Source: Alphaproteobacteria bacterium (lineage in GTDB: Bacteria > Pseudomonadota > Alphaproteobacteria > UBA7879 > UBA5542). From it: a DNA stretch of 64,000 nucleotides. The notes below the pieces were generated by a model. That model did no database searches, had not been told where the DNA came from, and saw only the letters and a program-made list of their open reading frames with translations. Below, piece by piece: positions 19,764 to 29,926 of the stretch; positions within the stretch are counted from its first letter, which is position 1, and each line of letters begins with the position of its first letter. The stretch is taken from positions 12,617 to 76,616 of the forward strand of contig JBKCVN010000026.1 in NCBI GenBank assembly GCA_046317875.1. Direction: 5' to 3'. A program made the translations under genes and the position numbers.

Positions 19764-21944
19764 ATGCCTTGGGACTTGGGAATCATGTCTGATATCAGTG
19801 CATCTGCCCTTGTGGAGAAAGTATTATCCTATGCCCCCCGCGCTGATGGGGCACTGATCAAAAAAGCATTTGAGTTTGCGAAGAGCCACCACTTGGATCA
19901 AAAACGGGCTTCGGGCGAGCCCTATATTACCCATCCTTTGACTGTGGCTGAAATGCTGGCTGACTTAAAAATGGACGTCCAGTCGGTGGTGGCAGGATTG
20001 CTGCATGATACGGTTGAAGATACCGCAGCCACTTTAAAAGATATTGAAAAACAGTTTGGGACTGAAATCAGCCAATTGGTACAGGGTGTAACGAAGCTAG
20101 CCCGCATTGGTCTGCAATCTACGGAACAAAAGCAAGCCGAAAATTTCCGTCGATTGGTTCTGGCCATGTCGGATGACATTCGGGTGTTGATGATAAAATT
20201 ATGTGATCGTTTACATAATATGCGCACCTTGAAATATGTAAAATCTGAAGAAAGCCGTCGTCGGGTGGCCCTGGAAACTTTGGAAATTTATGCCCCCTTG
20301 TCTGAACGTATTGGAATGAAATCCATTCAAGAAGAGCTGCAGGACCTTTCCTTTTCCCAGCTGAATCCGGACGCCTATGCCATTATTACAAACCGTATTA
20401 AGCATTTACATCAGTTAGATAAAACCACCATGTCGTTGGTGGTACAAGATCTGACAAATATTATGCAAAAGGCTGGCATCAAAGCCGTGGTGACGGGGCG
20501 TGAAAAAAGCCCTTATTCCATTTGGCGGAAGATGCAAAATAAAAATGTTAGCTTTGAACAATTGTGTGATGTGGTGGCCTTCCGTATATTGGTGGAATCC
20601 ATTGCAGACTGTTACCATGCATTGGGCATCATCCATAACGAATTTTTTGTGATTCCGGGGCGATTTAAGGATTATATTTCCACCCCTAAGCCCAATAATT
20701 ATCAATCGCTGCATACCTATGTGATTGGGCCCAAACAACGACAGATTGAAATTCAGATTCGAACCCAAGCTATGCAGGAAGTGGCTGAATATGGGGTGGC
20801 GGCCCATTGGCAATACAAGCAGGGCATTCGGCCCAAGGAAGGTAAGCAATATCGCTGGGTTCGGGGGTTGTTGGATATCTTAGAACATGCGGCGGGGGAT
20901 GATGAGTTTTTAGAACATACCAAGCTTGAAATGTTCCAAGATCAGGTCTTTTGTTTTACCCCCTATGGAGATCTGATTGCCTTACGGCGGGGATCCACGC
21001 CCGTAGATTTTGCGTATGCTGTGCACTCGGATGTGGGAAATCGCTGCAAGGGTGCCAAAATTAATGGAAAATTGATGCCTTTGCGCACCGAATTGCGGAA
21101 TGGAGACCAAGTAGAAATTGTGATTTCTTCCACCCAAAACCCTTCCCCCACCTGGGAAAGATTCGTGGTGACCGGCAAGGCTAAAACCAATATACGACGG
21201 TTTTTACGTGCCAAAAAAAGATCACAGTTTGTATTGTTGGGCAAATCCATTTTTCTAAAAGAGTTTCAGGCTGTGCCTAAAAAAGAACTGGAAGGGAAAT
21301 TAGCTCTTTTGTTAGGCAAGTTTAAGCTGCAAGAAGAAGATTTTTATGCTGCTTTGGGGGAGGGTTTGATTTCCACGCAGGAATTATTAGGCAAAGCCTA
21401 TCCAGCAGCGCCGGTGGCGCCCTCGTCGGCCTTAAGTGTAAAAGAAAATATCTCTGCCCCCCCATCTCCTATTAAAATTAAGTTGCCCAAATTGGAACGA
21501 ACCCGCAGTGAAATCAAGGGGCTGATCCCAGGTTTGGTGATTCACTATGCGGGATGTTGCCATCCCGTGCCAGGTGAAAGCATTGTGGGTATTGTGACCA
21601 CGGGGCGGGGTGTCACTATTCACCGTAAAAATTGTTATGAAGTGGAAGATTTTGATGGTGATCGGGGCCGGATATTAGAAGTAGAATGGGGAAGTGCCGC
21701 TAAAACAGATATGTATACATCTAGGATTTTGGCGGTGCTGCATAACACGCCGGGAAGTTTGGGCGAATTTAGCACCCTTATTGGTCAAAAAGGGGGCAAT
21801 ATCTTGGATATTAAAGTCACTCGCCGCAGTGGTGATTTCTTTGATTTTATGGTGGATTTGATGGTACAAGATTTGTCACATCTTAAATCCATTCTGGAAA
21901 CTTTAAGGGTATCTAAAATTGTGCATCTTGTGGAAAGGATTTAA
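19764..21944 (+). CDS. spoT: Bifunctional (p)ppGpp synthetase/hydrolase
   Basis: HD hydrolase domain (HPLTVAEML...HDTVEDT), synthetase domain, TGS, and a C-terminal ACT domain. Confidence 0.9.
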   Translation: MPWDLGIMSDISASALVEKVLSYAPRADGALIKKAFEFAKSHHLDQKRASGEPYITHPLTVAEMLADLKMDVQSVVAGLLHDTVEDTAATLKDIEKQFGTEISQLVQGVTKLARIGLQSTEQKQAENFRRLVLAMSDDIRVLMIKLCDRLHNMRTLKYVKSEESRRRVALETLEIYAPLSERIGMKSIQEELQDLSFSQLNPDAYAIITNRIKHLHQLDKTTMSLVVQDLTNIMQKAGIKAVVTGREKSPYSIWRKMQNKNVSFEQLCDVVAFRILVESIADCYHALGIIHNEFFVIPGRFKDYISTPKPNNYQSLHTYVIGPKQRQIEIQIRTQAMQEVAEYGVAAHWQYKQGIRPKEGKQYRWVRGLLDILEHAAGDDEFLEHTKLEMFQDQVFCFTPYGDLIALRRGSTPVDFAYAVHSDVGNRCKGAKINGKLMPLRTELRNGDQVEIVISSTQNPSPTWERFVVTGKAKTNIRRFLRAKKRSQFVLLGKSIFLKEFQAVPKKELEGKLALLLGKFKLQEEDFYAALGEGLISTQELLGKAYPAAPVAPSSALSVKENISAPPSPIKIKLPKLERTRSEIKGLIPGLVIHYAGCCHPVPGESIVGIVTTGRGVTIHRKNCYEVEDFDGDRGRILEVEWGSAAKTDMYTSRILAVLHNTPGSLGEFSTLIGQKGGNILDIKVTRRSGDFFDFMVDLMVQDLSHLKSILETLRVSKIVHLVERI

Positions 21945-22340
21945 ATGATTTTAGGCATAGGCACAGATTTATTAGATGTGCGTAGAATTGAAAACTTAAT
22001 TCAGAAATATGGGGATAAATTTCTGAAGAAGACATTTACGGAAGATGAAATATCGGCTTCTGAGCGATACGAGGGCCAGTCTTTGAAAGTGTTGTTTTTT
22101 GCCAAAAGATTTGCGGCCAAAGAGGCCTTTTCAAAGGCCGTGGGCTGTGGGTTAGGAGAGCATCTAAAGTTTTTGGATATTTCCGTTGAAAACAATTTCA
22201 AGGGTAAGCCCTCTTTAAAGGTGACAGGGGTCAGCGCAGACTATATTAAAGAATACTTTAAGAATTCCGAGATTAAAATTGATTTAAGTCTCTCGGATGA
22301 GTATCCTATGGCCCTGGCGTTTGTCGTCATTTCTGCATAG
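21945..22340 (+). CDS. acpS: Holo-ACP synthase
   Basis: MILGIGTDLLDVRRIE; FAAKEAFSKA. Confidence 0.85.
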   Translation: MILGIGTDLLDVRRIENLIQKYGDKFLKKTFTEDEISASERYEGQSLKVLFFAKRFAAKEAFSKAVGCGLGEHLKFLDISVENNFKGKPSLKVTGVSADYIKEYFKNSEIKIDLSLSDEYPMALAFVVISA

Positions 22341-22362
22341 TTGTTGAGTATAGGTATTTAAA

Positions 22363-23205
22363 ATGAGACTGATTTCGAAATCTTCCCGTAAAAAAAATAG
22401 ACCCAAAGGATTTTGGAGAAATTTAGGTGAAATTATCCTGGCCGTGACCGTGGCTCTTTTAATCCGCAGTTTGTTTTTCCAGCCCTTTAAAATCCCTTCG
22501 GAATCATTGTATCCCACCTTGGTGATTGGGGATTATTTGGCCGTATATACGGGACAGTATGGATATAGCCGTCACTCTTTTCCCTACAGCCTGCCCTTGG
22601 TATCTGGGGAACGATTATTCTATAAAGCCCCCAAGCGGGGAGATATTGTGGTGTTCCGATATCCGGCGGGTGCCGAGCTTCCCACCTGGGAAAGATTTAT
22701 AGGTGATATTAAGGGCTTTTTTGTTTTTTCTGATAAGATTCCCTTAGATTCCTATTGGGTAAAACGAGTGATTGGGTTACCTGGCGACCGTATACAATTC
22801 AAGGACGGTATTCTTTATATTAATGGCGAGCCATGCCCCCAACGTCGGGTGGGCGAATTTAGTGAAAAGATGCCTTCGGGGCGTATTCGCTATGTGCCTG
22901 AATATATGGAAACTTTGCCTAATGGTCTGGAACATAAGGTTTTAAGAGAATCGGAAGAAGGTCAAGCGCCCGGCGATAACACAGAAGAATATGTGGTGCC
23001 AGCGGACCACTTCTTTATGGTGGGGGATAATCGGAACCAATCCAGCGACAGTCGTTATCGTTTGGGCCCTGTGCACAAGGACTATTTGATTGGACAAGCC
23101 AAGATCATCTTGTTTTCCTTTGATTCGGGCATTCTGGATTTATGGAAAATTTGGGAGTGGCCTGAGATTGTGCGTCTGAAACGCTTTATGTCGGTTATTC
23201 GTTAA
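22363..23205 (+). CDS. lepB: Signal peptidase I
   Basis: N-terminal TM segment, the SESLYPTL catalytic-Ser box, and the GDNRNQSSDSR box. Confidence 0.85.
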   Translation: MRLISKSSRKKNRPKGFWRNLGEIILAVTVALLIRSLFFQPFKIPSESLYPTLVIGDYLAVYTGQYGYSRHSFPYSLPLVSGERLFYKAPKRGDIVVFRYPAGAELPTWERFIGDIKGFFVFSDKIPLDSYWVKRVIGLPGDRIQFKDGILYINGEPCPQRRVGEFSEKMPSGRIRYVPEYMETLPNGLEHKVLRESEEGQAPGDNTEEYVVPADHFFMVGDNRNQSSDSRYRLGPVHKDYLIGQAKIILFSFDSGILDLWKIWEWPEIVRLKRFMSVIR

Positions 23206-23207
23206 TA

Positions 23208-23894
23208 ATGGCTCATAGAAATCTAAAACTTAATTACACCTTTCACGATGACGTATTGCTTAAAAAAGCTTTAACGCACCCTAGTCTTGCCCAAAAATCA
23301 AAGCTGGAGAATTACGAGCGTTGCGAATTCTTGGGAGATCGTGTTCTGGGGTTGGTTATTGCTTCGTACCTTTATCATCAATATCCCCATAATAAGGAAG
23401 GCGAGCTTTCCCGTCGGTTCACCAATTTGGTAAGGAAGGAAGCATTGGCTAAGGTGGCCCAGACCCTGAACTTGGGTGATTTTATTTATATGTCAGACAG
23501 TGAATTGGCCAGCGAAGGGAACAAGAATGAATCCATCTTGGCTGATGCATGTGAAGCGTTGATAGGGGCTATCTATTTAGATGGCGGCTTTGAAAGCGCC
23601 TATCGGTTTGTGCTGGAACAATGGTCACCCCTGTTGGAAGAACAGTCTGTGGAAATTGCTGTGGATGCCAAAACCCAGCTGCAAGAGTTTTTGCAAAAAC
23701 ACAAACAACCCTTGCCCCATTATTCAGTGATTGCCATCACGGGACCTGACCATGCGCCCTATTTTAAGGTCTCTTTATCCGTAAAAGATGAACGCCCCGT
23801 GTATGGCGAAGGATCCTCAAGGCGCCAGGCCGAGCAACAAGCCGCTGCGGAAATGTTATTTATATTAAAGAAAAAAGAATTTGAAGATGACTAA
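23208..23894 (+). CDS. rnc: Ribonuclease III
   Basis: ERCEFLGDRVLGL RNase III signature plus a C-terminal dsRBD. Confidence 0.9.
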   Translation: MAHRNLKLNYTFHDDVLLKKALTHPSLAQKSKLENYERCEFLGDRVLGLVIASYLYHQYPHNKEGELSRRFTNLVRKEALAKVAQTLNLGDFIYMSDSELASEGNKNESILADACEALIGAIYLDGGFESAYRFVLEQWSPLLEEQSVEIAVDAKTQLQEFLQKHKQPLPHYSVIAITGPDHAPYFKVSLSVKDERPVYGEGSSRRQAEQQAAAEMLFILKKKEFEDD

Positions 23895-24783
23895 ATTTGG
23901 ATTTGTAACACTGATGGGTGTACCAAACGCAGGTAAATCCACCTTGTTAAATGCCTTATTAGGCGAGAAACTTTCGATTGTGTGCCATAAGCGGCAAACC
24001 ACCCGTACCCGGGTGGCTGGTATTTTAACCAAAAAAGAGACGCAGGCGGTTTTAATTGATACCCCAGGCATTTTTTTTGATGCCAAGGGGCGCCTGGAAA
24101 AATCCATGGTTTCTACCGCCTGGCAAGCCACCACCGAAGCCCATATTATTTTGCTGATTGCGGATGCCCATATTCCCCACTTTTTAGAAGATACCAAAAA
24201 AATTATGGAACGCCTTAAAAACGTGGAAGAAAAAGTGGTATTGGTATTAAACAAAACAGATTTATTAAAGAATAAGTCTGCCCTATTGGAAATTACCCAG
24301 GACCTGACTTCTTCTTTTAAGTTTAAAAATGTGTTCATGATTTCGGCCCACAAAAAAAGGGGATTGGATAAGGTGGAACAATTCATTTTAGACTCCCTGC
24401 CAGACGGGCCGTGGATGTACCCTGAAGATCAGCTTTCTCATTTATCCGAGCGATTTTTAGTGGCCGAGTTAACCCGTGAAGTGTTGCTGCATCAAGTCCA
24501 TGACGAGGTGCCCCATGGCTTGGCCGTATTGACGGAAAAATGGGAAAATTTCCGGAATGGAGATGTGAAAATCTTCCAGCAAATTTGTGTATCCCGTAAA
24601 AGCCATAAATCCATTATTTTGGGCCAACAGGGCAATAAAATAAAAGCCATAGGAGAAATAGCGCGTAAGGAAATATCGAAAGCGCTTGGGTGTACGGTTC
24701 ATTTATTTTTGCACGTGAAGGTTGATGAGAAATGGCAAGAAAAACCAGACTTTTATGAAGAACTGGGCATTGATTTAAATTAA
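23881..24783 (+). CDS. era: GTPase Era
   Basis: G1 GVPNAGKST, G3 DTPG, NKTD, and a C-terminal KH domain. Confidence 0.9.
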   Translation: MKMTKFGFVTLMGVPNAGKSTLLNALLGEKLSIVCHKRQTTRTRVAGILTKKETQAVLIDTPGIFFDAKGRLEKSMVSTAWQATTEAHIILLIADAHIPHFLEDTKKIMERLKNVEEKVVLVLNKTDLLKNKSALLEITQDLTSSFKFKNVFMISAHKKRGLDKVEQFILDSLPDGPWMYPEDQLSHLSERFLVAELTREVLLHQVHDEVPHGLAVLTEKWENFRNGDVKIFQQICVSRKSHKSIILGQQGNKIKAIGEIARKEISKALGCTVHLFLHVKVDEKWQEKPDFYEELGIDLN

Positions 24784-25497
24784 ATGGTGGAATGGAAAGA
24801 TCAGGGGTTTATCCTGGGGATCCGATCGTTTGGTGAAAAGGACGCCATTCTTCATGTGATGACCCAACATCATGGATGCCATGCGGGGGTTTTAAAGAAC
24901 TTTAAATCGAAGTCTAATCAGGCCTTGCAAATGGGATCCTTGGTACGCTGTCATTGGAAAGCCCGGTTGTCCGAGCATCTAGGCATGTGGGCGTTAGAGC
25001 CTGAAAAATCCTATTTAGCCTCGGTTCTGGGAGATCCTCAGCGACTTTTAGCCCTGAGTGTGGCGGCCCAATTTACCACGTCTTTGGTACCCGAACGGCA
25101 CCCCTATCCCCACTTTTATGCCGTATGGAGCAATCTGTTAGAAACCCTGGCCCATGAAGCGGAATGGAAAAAAGAATATGTATTCTTTGAATTCCATCTC
25201 TTGCAAGAGTTAGGTTTCGGCCTTAAACTAGATGTGTGTGCGGTGAGTAATACATCTGACAATTTAAAGTATGTATCACCCAAAACAGGATGCGCAGTGC
25301 GGGAAGATATAGGCATGCCCTATCATGATAAATTATTCCAACTGCCTTCGTTTTTAGGCACAAAAGAAGGTATATATCATCCCAAAGACATTCGGGATGG
25401 GCTGGAGATGACGGGCTATTTTTTGATGAAACACTTTTCTGAACAAAAATATGCTAATCTATTTCAGACACGACAACGATTTATAGAGAACTTATGA
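24784..25497 (+). CDS. recO: DNA repair protein RecO
   Basis: RecO N-terminal OB-fold region; completes the conserved lepB-rnc-era-recO order. Confidence 0.8.
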   Translation: MVEWKDQGFILGIRSFGEKDAILHVMTQHHGCHAGVLKNFKSKSNQALQMGSLVRCHWKARLSEHLGMWALEPEKSYLASVLGDPQRLLALSVAAQFTTSLVPERHPYPHFYAVWSNLLETLAHEAEWKKEYVFFEFHLLQELGFGLKLDVCAVSNTSDNLKYVSPKTGCAVREDIGMPYHDKLFQLPSFLGTKEGIYHPKDIRDGLEMTGYFLMKHFSEQKYANLFQTRQRFIENL

Positions 25498-27710
25498 CAA
25501 CGACGCCTGACCAAAAAACCATTCTGTTTAAAGACGCCCTAGGCGAACGATATTTGTCCTATGCCCTGTCCACCATTATGTCTCGGTCCTTACCCGATGT
25601 GCGTGATGGGTTGAAACCGGTGCATCGTCGTCTTATTTTCGCCATGCGGGAATTAAAACTGGACCCCAAATCGCCCCCTAAGAAATGTGGTCGTATTGTG
25701 GGGGATGTGATTGGTAAATATCACCCCCATGGGGATGTGGCGGTTTATAATACCTTGGTGCGTTTGGCCCAGGATTTCACCCTTAGATATCCCTTAATCG
25801 AGGGACAGGGGAACTTTGGAAATATCGACGGCGATAATGCCGCGGCCATGCGATATACGGAAGCCCGTTTAACAGCGGTGGCCCATGCCTTGATGGAAGG
25901 ATTGGACGAAGACGCCGTTGATCACCGGGATAACTATGATGGGGAATTCCAAGAGCCTGTTGTGTTTCCGGGCAAGTTTCCAAATCTATTAGCCAATGGA
26001 TCGGAAGGCATTGCGGTGGGGATGGCCACCAGTATTCCCCCCCATAACGTAAAAGAATTGTGTGGAGCCCTGAAGCATCTGATTGATCACCCCGAGGCGC
26101 CCGTCAAAGAGTTGTTGCAATTTGTGACAGGGCCCGACTTCCCCACAGGCGGACAGCTTATTGAAAGGCCCGAGACCATTCGGGCGGTTTATGAAACGGG
26201 ACGCGGCAGCCTGAGGGTGCGGGCAAAGTACGAGATTGAATCTTTGGGCAATGGGCAGTATCAAATTATTGTGACCCAGATTCCCTATCAAGTGGAAAAG
26301 GGTAAATTAGTCGAGCAAATTGCCAATTTGATGCTTAATAAAAAAGTCCCTTTCTTGGCGAATGTGTTAGACGAATCGGCGGATGATATTCGGATTGTAC
26401 TAACGCCCAAAAGCCGATCCGTGGACCCAGCTGTTTTGATGTCGATTTTATTTAAGCATTCTGACCTTGAAACGCGGGTCAATTTGAACATGAACGTGCT
26501 GAACCATCAAAATGTACCACGCGTCATGAATTTAAAGGATATTCTGGAGGAATATTTAGCCCATCGGTTGGTGGTACTGAAACGTCGGTCTGAATATCGA
26601 TTGAAGGAAATTAAGAACCGCTTGGAAATCCTTCAGGGTCTGTTGATCGCTTATCTGAATTTGGATGAAGTGATTCGCATCATTCGGGAAGAAGATGAAC
26701 CCAAACCCGTGATGCAAAAAAAATGGAAATTGAGCGATATTCAGGTGGAAGCCATTTTAAACATGCGGCTTCGGTCCTTGCGCAAACTAGAAGAAATGCA
26801 AATTAAAACCGAGTTGGATGCCCTGGAGGCAGAAGCCAAAAACCTGAATACTTTGCTGAAAGACCCCGCCGAACAAATGGGCAAACTGAAGATAGAAGTG
26901 GGCGAAATTGAAACCCAGTTTGGGGATGATCCCATATTGGGCCCCCGCCGAACGGTGATTGAGGCTGTGGAAGATGGGGGATTTATTCCTGTGGAGGCCA
27001 CCATCGAGAAAGAGCCGTTAACCATTATATTTACCCAAAAAGGCTGGATTCGGTCCTTTAAAGGGCACTCGATTGAGTTAGATGAGGTTAAATATAAAGA
27101 AGGGGACGAGCTGGCCCTGATGGTCAAAACGGATACCACCGAGAAAGTTTTATTTTTTGGAACGGATGGTCGTTTTTATACCCTTCGGGCCTATGATATC
27201 CCCGGTGGACGAGGCTTTGGTGAGCCCATTCGTATGTATTTAGATTTGCCGCCAGAGGGTGAAATCTTGATGATGGATGTTTATCAAGAAGGCGATAAAT
27301 TTATTGTGGCCTCTTCCACGGGACGGGGATTTGTGGTGGCGGCAGAAAATGCTGTGGCCCAGACCAAAAATGGCAAGCAAGTTCTGAATTTGGAAGAGGG
27401 TGAACGGGGCCTTATTTGCCATAAAATGGTGGGCGATCATGTGGCCGTGATCGGTGAGAACAGAAAAATGCTGATATTCCCGATTGCTGATTTGCCCACC
27501 ATGAATCGGGGGCGGGGCGTGATGCTGCAAAAATATGGGGATGGGGGCTTGTCAGATTTGAAAAGCTTTTCATTAGCTGCAGGCCTGACCTGGGCCAATA
27601 AGAAACGGGGTTATCAAGAAACGGACCTGACCACGTGGATGGGTAAACGGGCCGGGGCTGGACGTTTGGCCCCCACAGGATTTTCTAAGACCAATAAATT
27701 TGAAGGGTAA
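25494..27710 (+). CDS. parC: DNA topoisomerase IV subunit A
   Basis: GyrA/ParC N-terminus YALSTIMSRSLPDVRDGLKPVHRR, active-site region AAMRYTEARL, and a beta-pinwheel C-terminal domain. Confidence 0.85.
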   Translation: MTTTPDQKTILFKDALGERYLSYALSTIMSRSLPDVRDGLKPVHRRLIFAMRELKLDPKSPPKKCGRIVGDVIGKYHPHGDVAVYNTLVRLAQDFTLRYPLIEGQGNFGNIDGDNAAAMRYTEARLTAVAHALMEGLDEDAVDHRDNYDGEFQEPVVFPGKFPNLLANGSEGIAVGMATSIPPHNVKELCGALKHLIDHPEAPVKELLQFVTGPDFPTGGQLIERPETIRAVYETGRGSLRVRAKYEIESLGNGQYQIIVTQIPYQVEKGKLVEQIANLMLNKKVPFLANVLDESADDIRIVLTPKSRSVDPAVLMSILFKHSDLETRVNLNMNVLNHQNVPRVMNLKDILEEYLAHRLVVLKRRSEYRLKEIKNRLEILQGLLIAYLNLDEVIRIIREEDEPKPVMQKKWKLSDIQVEAILNMRLRSLRKLEEMQIKTELDALEAEAKNLNTLLKDPAEQMGKLKIEVGEIETQFGDDPILGPRRTVIEAVEDGGFIPVEATIEKEPLTIIFTQKGWIRSFKGHSIELDEVKYKEGDELALMVKTDTTEKVLFFGTDGRFYTLRAYDIPGGRGFGEPIRMYLDLPPEGEILMMDVYQEGDKFIVASSTGRGFVVAAENAVAQTKNGKQVLNLEEGERGLICHKMVGDHVAVIGENRKMLIFPIADLPTMNRGRGVMLQKYGDGGLSDLKSFSLAAGLTWANKKRGYQETDLTTWMGKRAGAGRLAPTGFSKTNKFEG

Positions 27711-27867
27711 CTGATTTTAACTGGAATAAATTTGTTTCTCTTCCGGTGCAAGTTTATGACGCCTGCCAAAATGGTTGATAGGCATCAAACTTTATCTCTC
27801 TTCAAAATTATTTGATTTTATCCCGTCTTCTGTGAAGAACTAAAGAAGAGACAGGAGAGGTTTTATA

Positions 27868-29112
27868 ATGTTTAAAGTTATGGCAACGGGCAGAAATCTG
27901 ATTCTTTTTTTATGGGTCTGCATCAGTTTTTTTTCGGTTTCAAATTCCAAAAATACTTCAGAATTTGTGAATAATGCTTATCACGCGGAAGGGCTGTCTG
28001 TGGAAGTCAGGCAAAATCTAGTCCAAAAAGGATATGACTTATTGCGTCGCCTTCAGGAAGGTGAGGCATTACCCGAACAAACAGCGATTTTTTCAGAGAA
28101 AGTTCTTCTGGCTGTCCGAAAAAAATCACCTTCCAAAAAAAGCCAAAATGTGTCTGATTTTGAATTGGTTCGACGGGCAAAGCTAGAGAATATCATTGCC
28201 ATAGTATGGGCATTGGCGGATTATGGAAACAGCATAGATTCTGTGTTTGCCAGCGGTGCCTTTAGTGTGGTGGAGGCGGACGAAAGGTTATCAAAACTCT
28301 TTCAAGAGTATGTAATGTACACCTCGCGGCTGAAAGACTTGAAAAAGCTTTCGAATGGTGTTTTCGTCTCGATTAACCCCTGGGCCAATAAATTTGTATA
28401 CAATAGACATCCCCGCCTTCGTGCATCTAGCCATTATAAAAAAGGATTGACCACCTATCAGTTTGGTATTGATGCCCGCTTTGCCAAGAATGGGCCTTCT
28501 TTGCCGGTGTTTCCCTTTAAAACCCGGCATCTTTTAGTGGGACGTGTTAAAACCTTTACAGGATTGCCCAAAACTTTTGTGAAATATGAATCCTATGGAA
28601 GTGCGGATATCAATTCTGCCATAAATCATCTGAATGAATTTATGCAGGTGGTTAAATTTAAAACGGCGCCCTTGGAAAAACGCAGTGAGAAGAAGATAAG
28701 GCCCGAGTTGTTAAGGGCTTTTGCCCCCTTAAAACAGGCCCTGATGGCCCTTCCGGATAAGGGAACATCATTTTTGTATCCATCCTTAAGCAATATGCCA
28801 TCCATCGATGGTCGATTAGCAGCTAAGGCCTTTGATGCCGTTTTCAAAGATAGAAAATATAAGGCTGCAGGGAAAAGCTATGATCTTGCCACCTTATCCT
28901 TAATGGCGGTTTTAAGTTATCGTTTTTCACAAGATGAAATTATTAAAGGGCATGCTGCCGGATTTTTGAATGCCGTGGAGGGTATGTATCATGATGGAAG
29001 GGGAACCTCAGCTGTAGGCCTAACCATTCAGCAAGTGCTGAGAACCGATTCCTTGTTGTTTTATCGTACCGGCAATGAAGTGGTTTTGAATTTAAGAAAC
29101 GTTACATATTAA
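27868..29112 (+). CDS. Hypothetical secreted protein (414 aa)
   Basis: Signal peptide MFKVMATGRNLILFLWVCISFFSVSNS; no recognisable motif. Confidence 0.4.
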   Translation: MFKVMATGRNLILFLWVCISFFSVSNSKNTSEFVNNAYHAEGLSVEVRQNLVQKGYDLLRRLQEGEALPEQTAIFSEKVLLAVRKKSPSKKSQNVSDFELVRRAKLENIIAIVWALADYGNSIDSVFASGAFSVVEADERLSKLFQEYVMYTSRLKDLKKLSNGVFVSINPWANKFVYNRHPRLRASSHYKKGLTTYQFGIDARFAKNGPSLPVFPFKTRHLLVGRVKTFTGLPKTFVKYESYGSADINSAINHLNEFMQVVKFKTAPLEKRSEKKIRPELLRAFAPLKQALMALPDKGTSFLYPSLSNMPSIDGRLAAKAFDAVFKDRKYKAAGKSYDLATLSLMAVLSYRFSQDEIIKGHAAGFLNAVEGMYHDGRGTSAVGLTIQQVLRTDSLLFYRTGNEVVLNLRNVTY

Positions 29113-29177
29113 ATATATGAGTATTGACTATATATAAAGCTGTTCTTATATTTTAGATATAATAATACAGGAAAATC

Positions 29178-29912
29178 ATGAATTTAATACGTTTCTTATG
29201 GGTTGGGTTGTTTTTGCAATGCGGGATTGTTTTATCCAATCCTTTTGAGTCTGGCGAATGGGACCCCTATCGATTAAAAAACCATGCCCATGTTTTGTCT
29301 TTTTCAACCGATCGCTTGATACTTCGGCCTGTTACATCAAAAAACTTTCAGCATTTGTTTGAAGAAGGGAAAAAGCTGTTCTCGCAAGACCAAGTCTTGG
29401 CTTATTGGGGTGGGTCGCGTACCGATACGGACGAAAATACAACAAAGTGGGAAGGTTTTTTAACACGGTGCTTGCATCGGCAAGAAGCAGGATTGCTCAG
29501 TTGGAAAGCCGTTTATCTTAAAGAAACCAAAACATTTTTGGGGTTTGTGGGTGGGAATAGATATGTAGATGCCCGGGATACACACACATCTTATAATGGA
29601 GCCATTGAAATAGCTTATGCCTTTCATCCCGAAGGTTGGGGAAAGGGATATGCCACCGAAGCGCTGAGAGGATTCTTATCGTTTGATGTGGGCCGTTTAG
29701 AAAACTATAGTTATGTGTTTGCCACGGTTCACCCTGAGAATACGCCTTCGATTAAAGTGTTAAAAGACAAAGCAGGTTTGCACGCCTGGACCCTGGATCA
29801 GGATATCCCCGCCTTTTTAAAACGTGAAAATCGTCAGTTTTATAAGATTGATAAAGACGAGCTTCTTTCAAAGAAGCTGCCAAGAGTTAAAGCTGTTTCT
29901 TTTAGAGTTTAA
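29178..29912 (+). CDS. GNAT-family N-acetyltransferase with an N-terminal signal-peptide-like extension
   Basis: RLILRPVT...LFEE RimJ/RimL-like start and an IAYAFHPEGWGKGYATEA acetyl-CoA-binding motif, preceded by the hydrophobic MNLIRFLWVGLFLQCGIVLS. Confidence 0.6.
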   Translation: MNLIRFLWVGLFLQCGIVLSNPFESGEWDPYRLKNHAHVLSFSTDRLILRPVTSKNFQHLFEEGKKLFSQDQVLAYWGGSRTDTDENTTKWEGFLTRCLHRQEAGLLSWKAVYLKETKTFLGFVGGNRYVDARDTHTSYNGAIEIAYAFHPEGWGKGYATEALRGFLSFDVGRLENYSYVFATVHPENTPSIKVLKDKAGLHAWTLDQDIPAFLKRENRQFYKIDKDELLSKKLPRVKAVSFRV

Positions 29913-29926
29913 TTAAACACTTAACC

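Noticed and set aside
20415-20849. 144-aa minus-strand ORF inside spoT
   Set aside because: Antisense to the conserved SpoT synthetase domain
23865-24386. 173-aa minus-strand ORF
   Set aside because: Antisense to era with no supporting features
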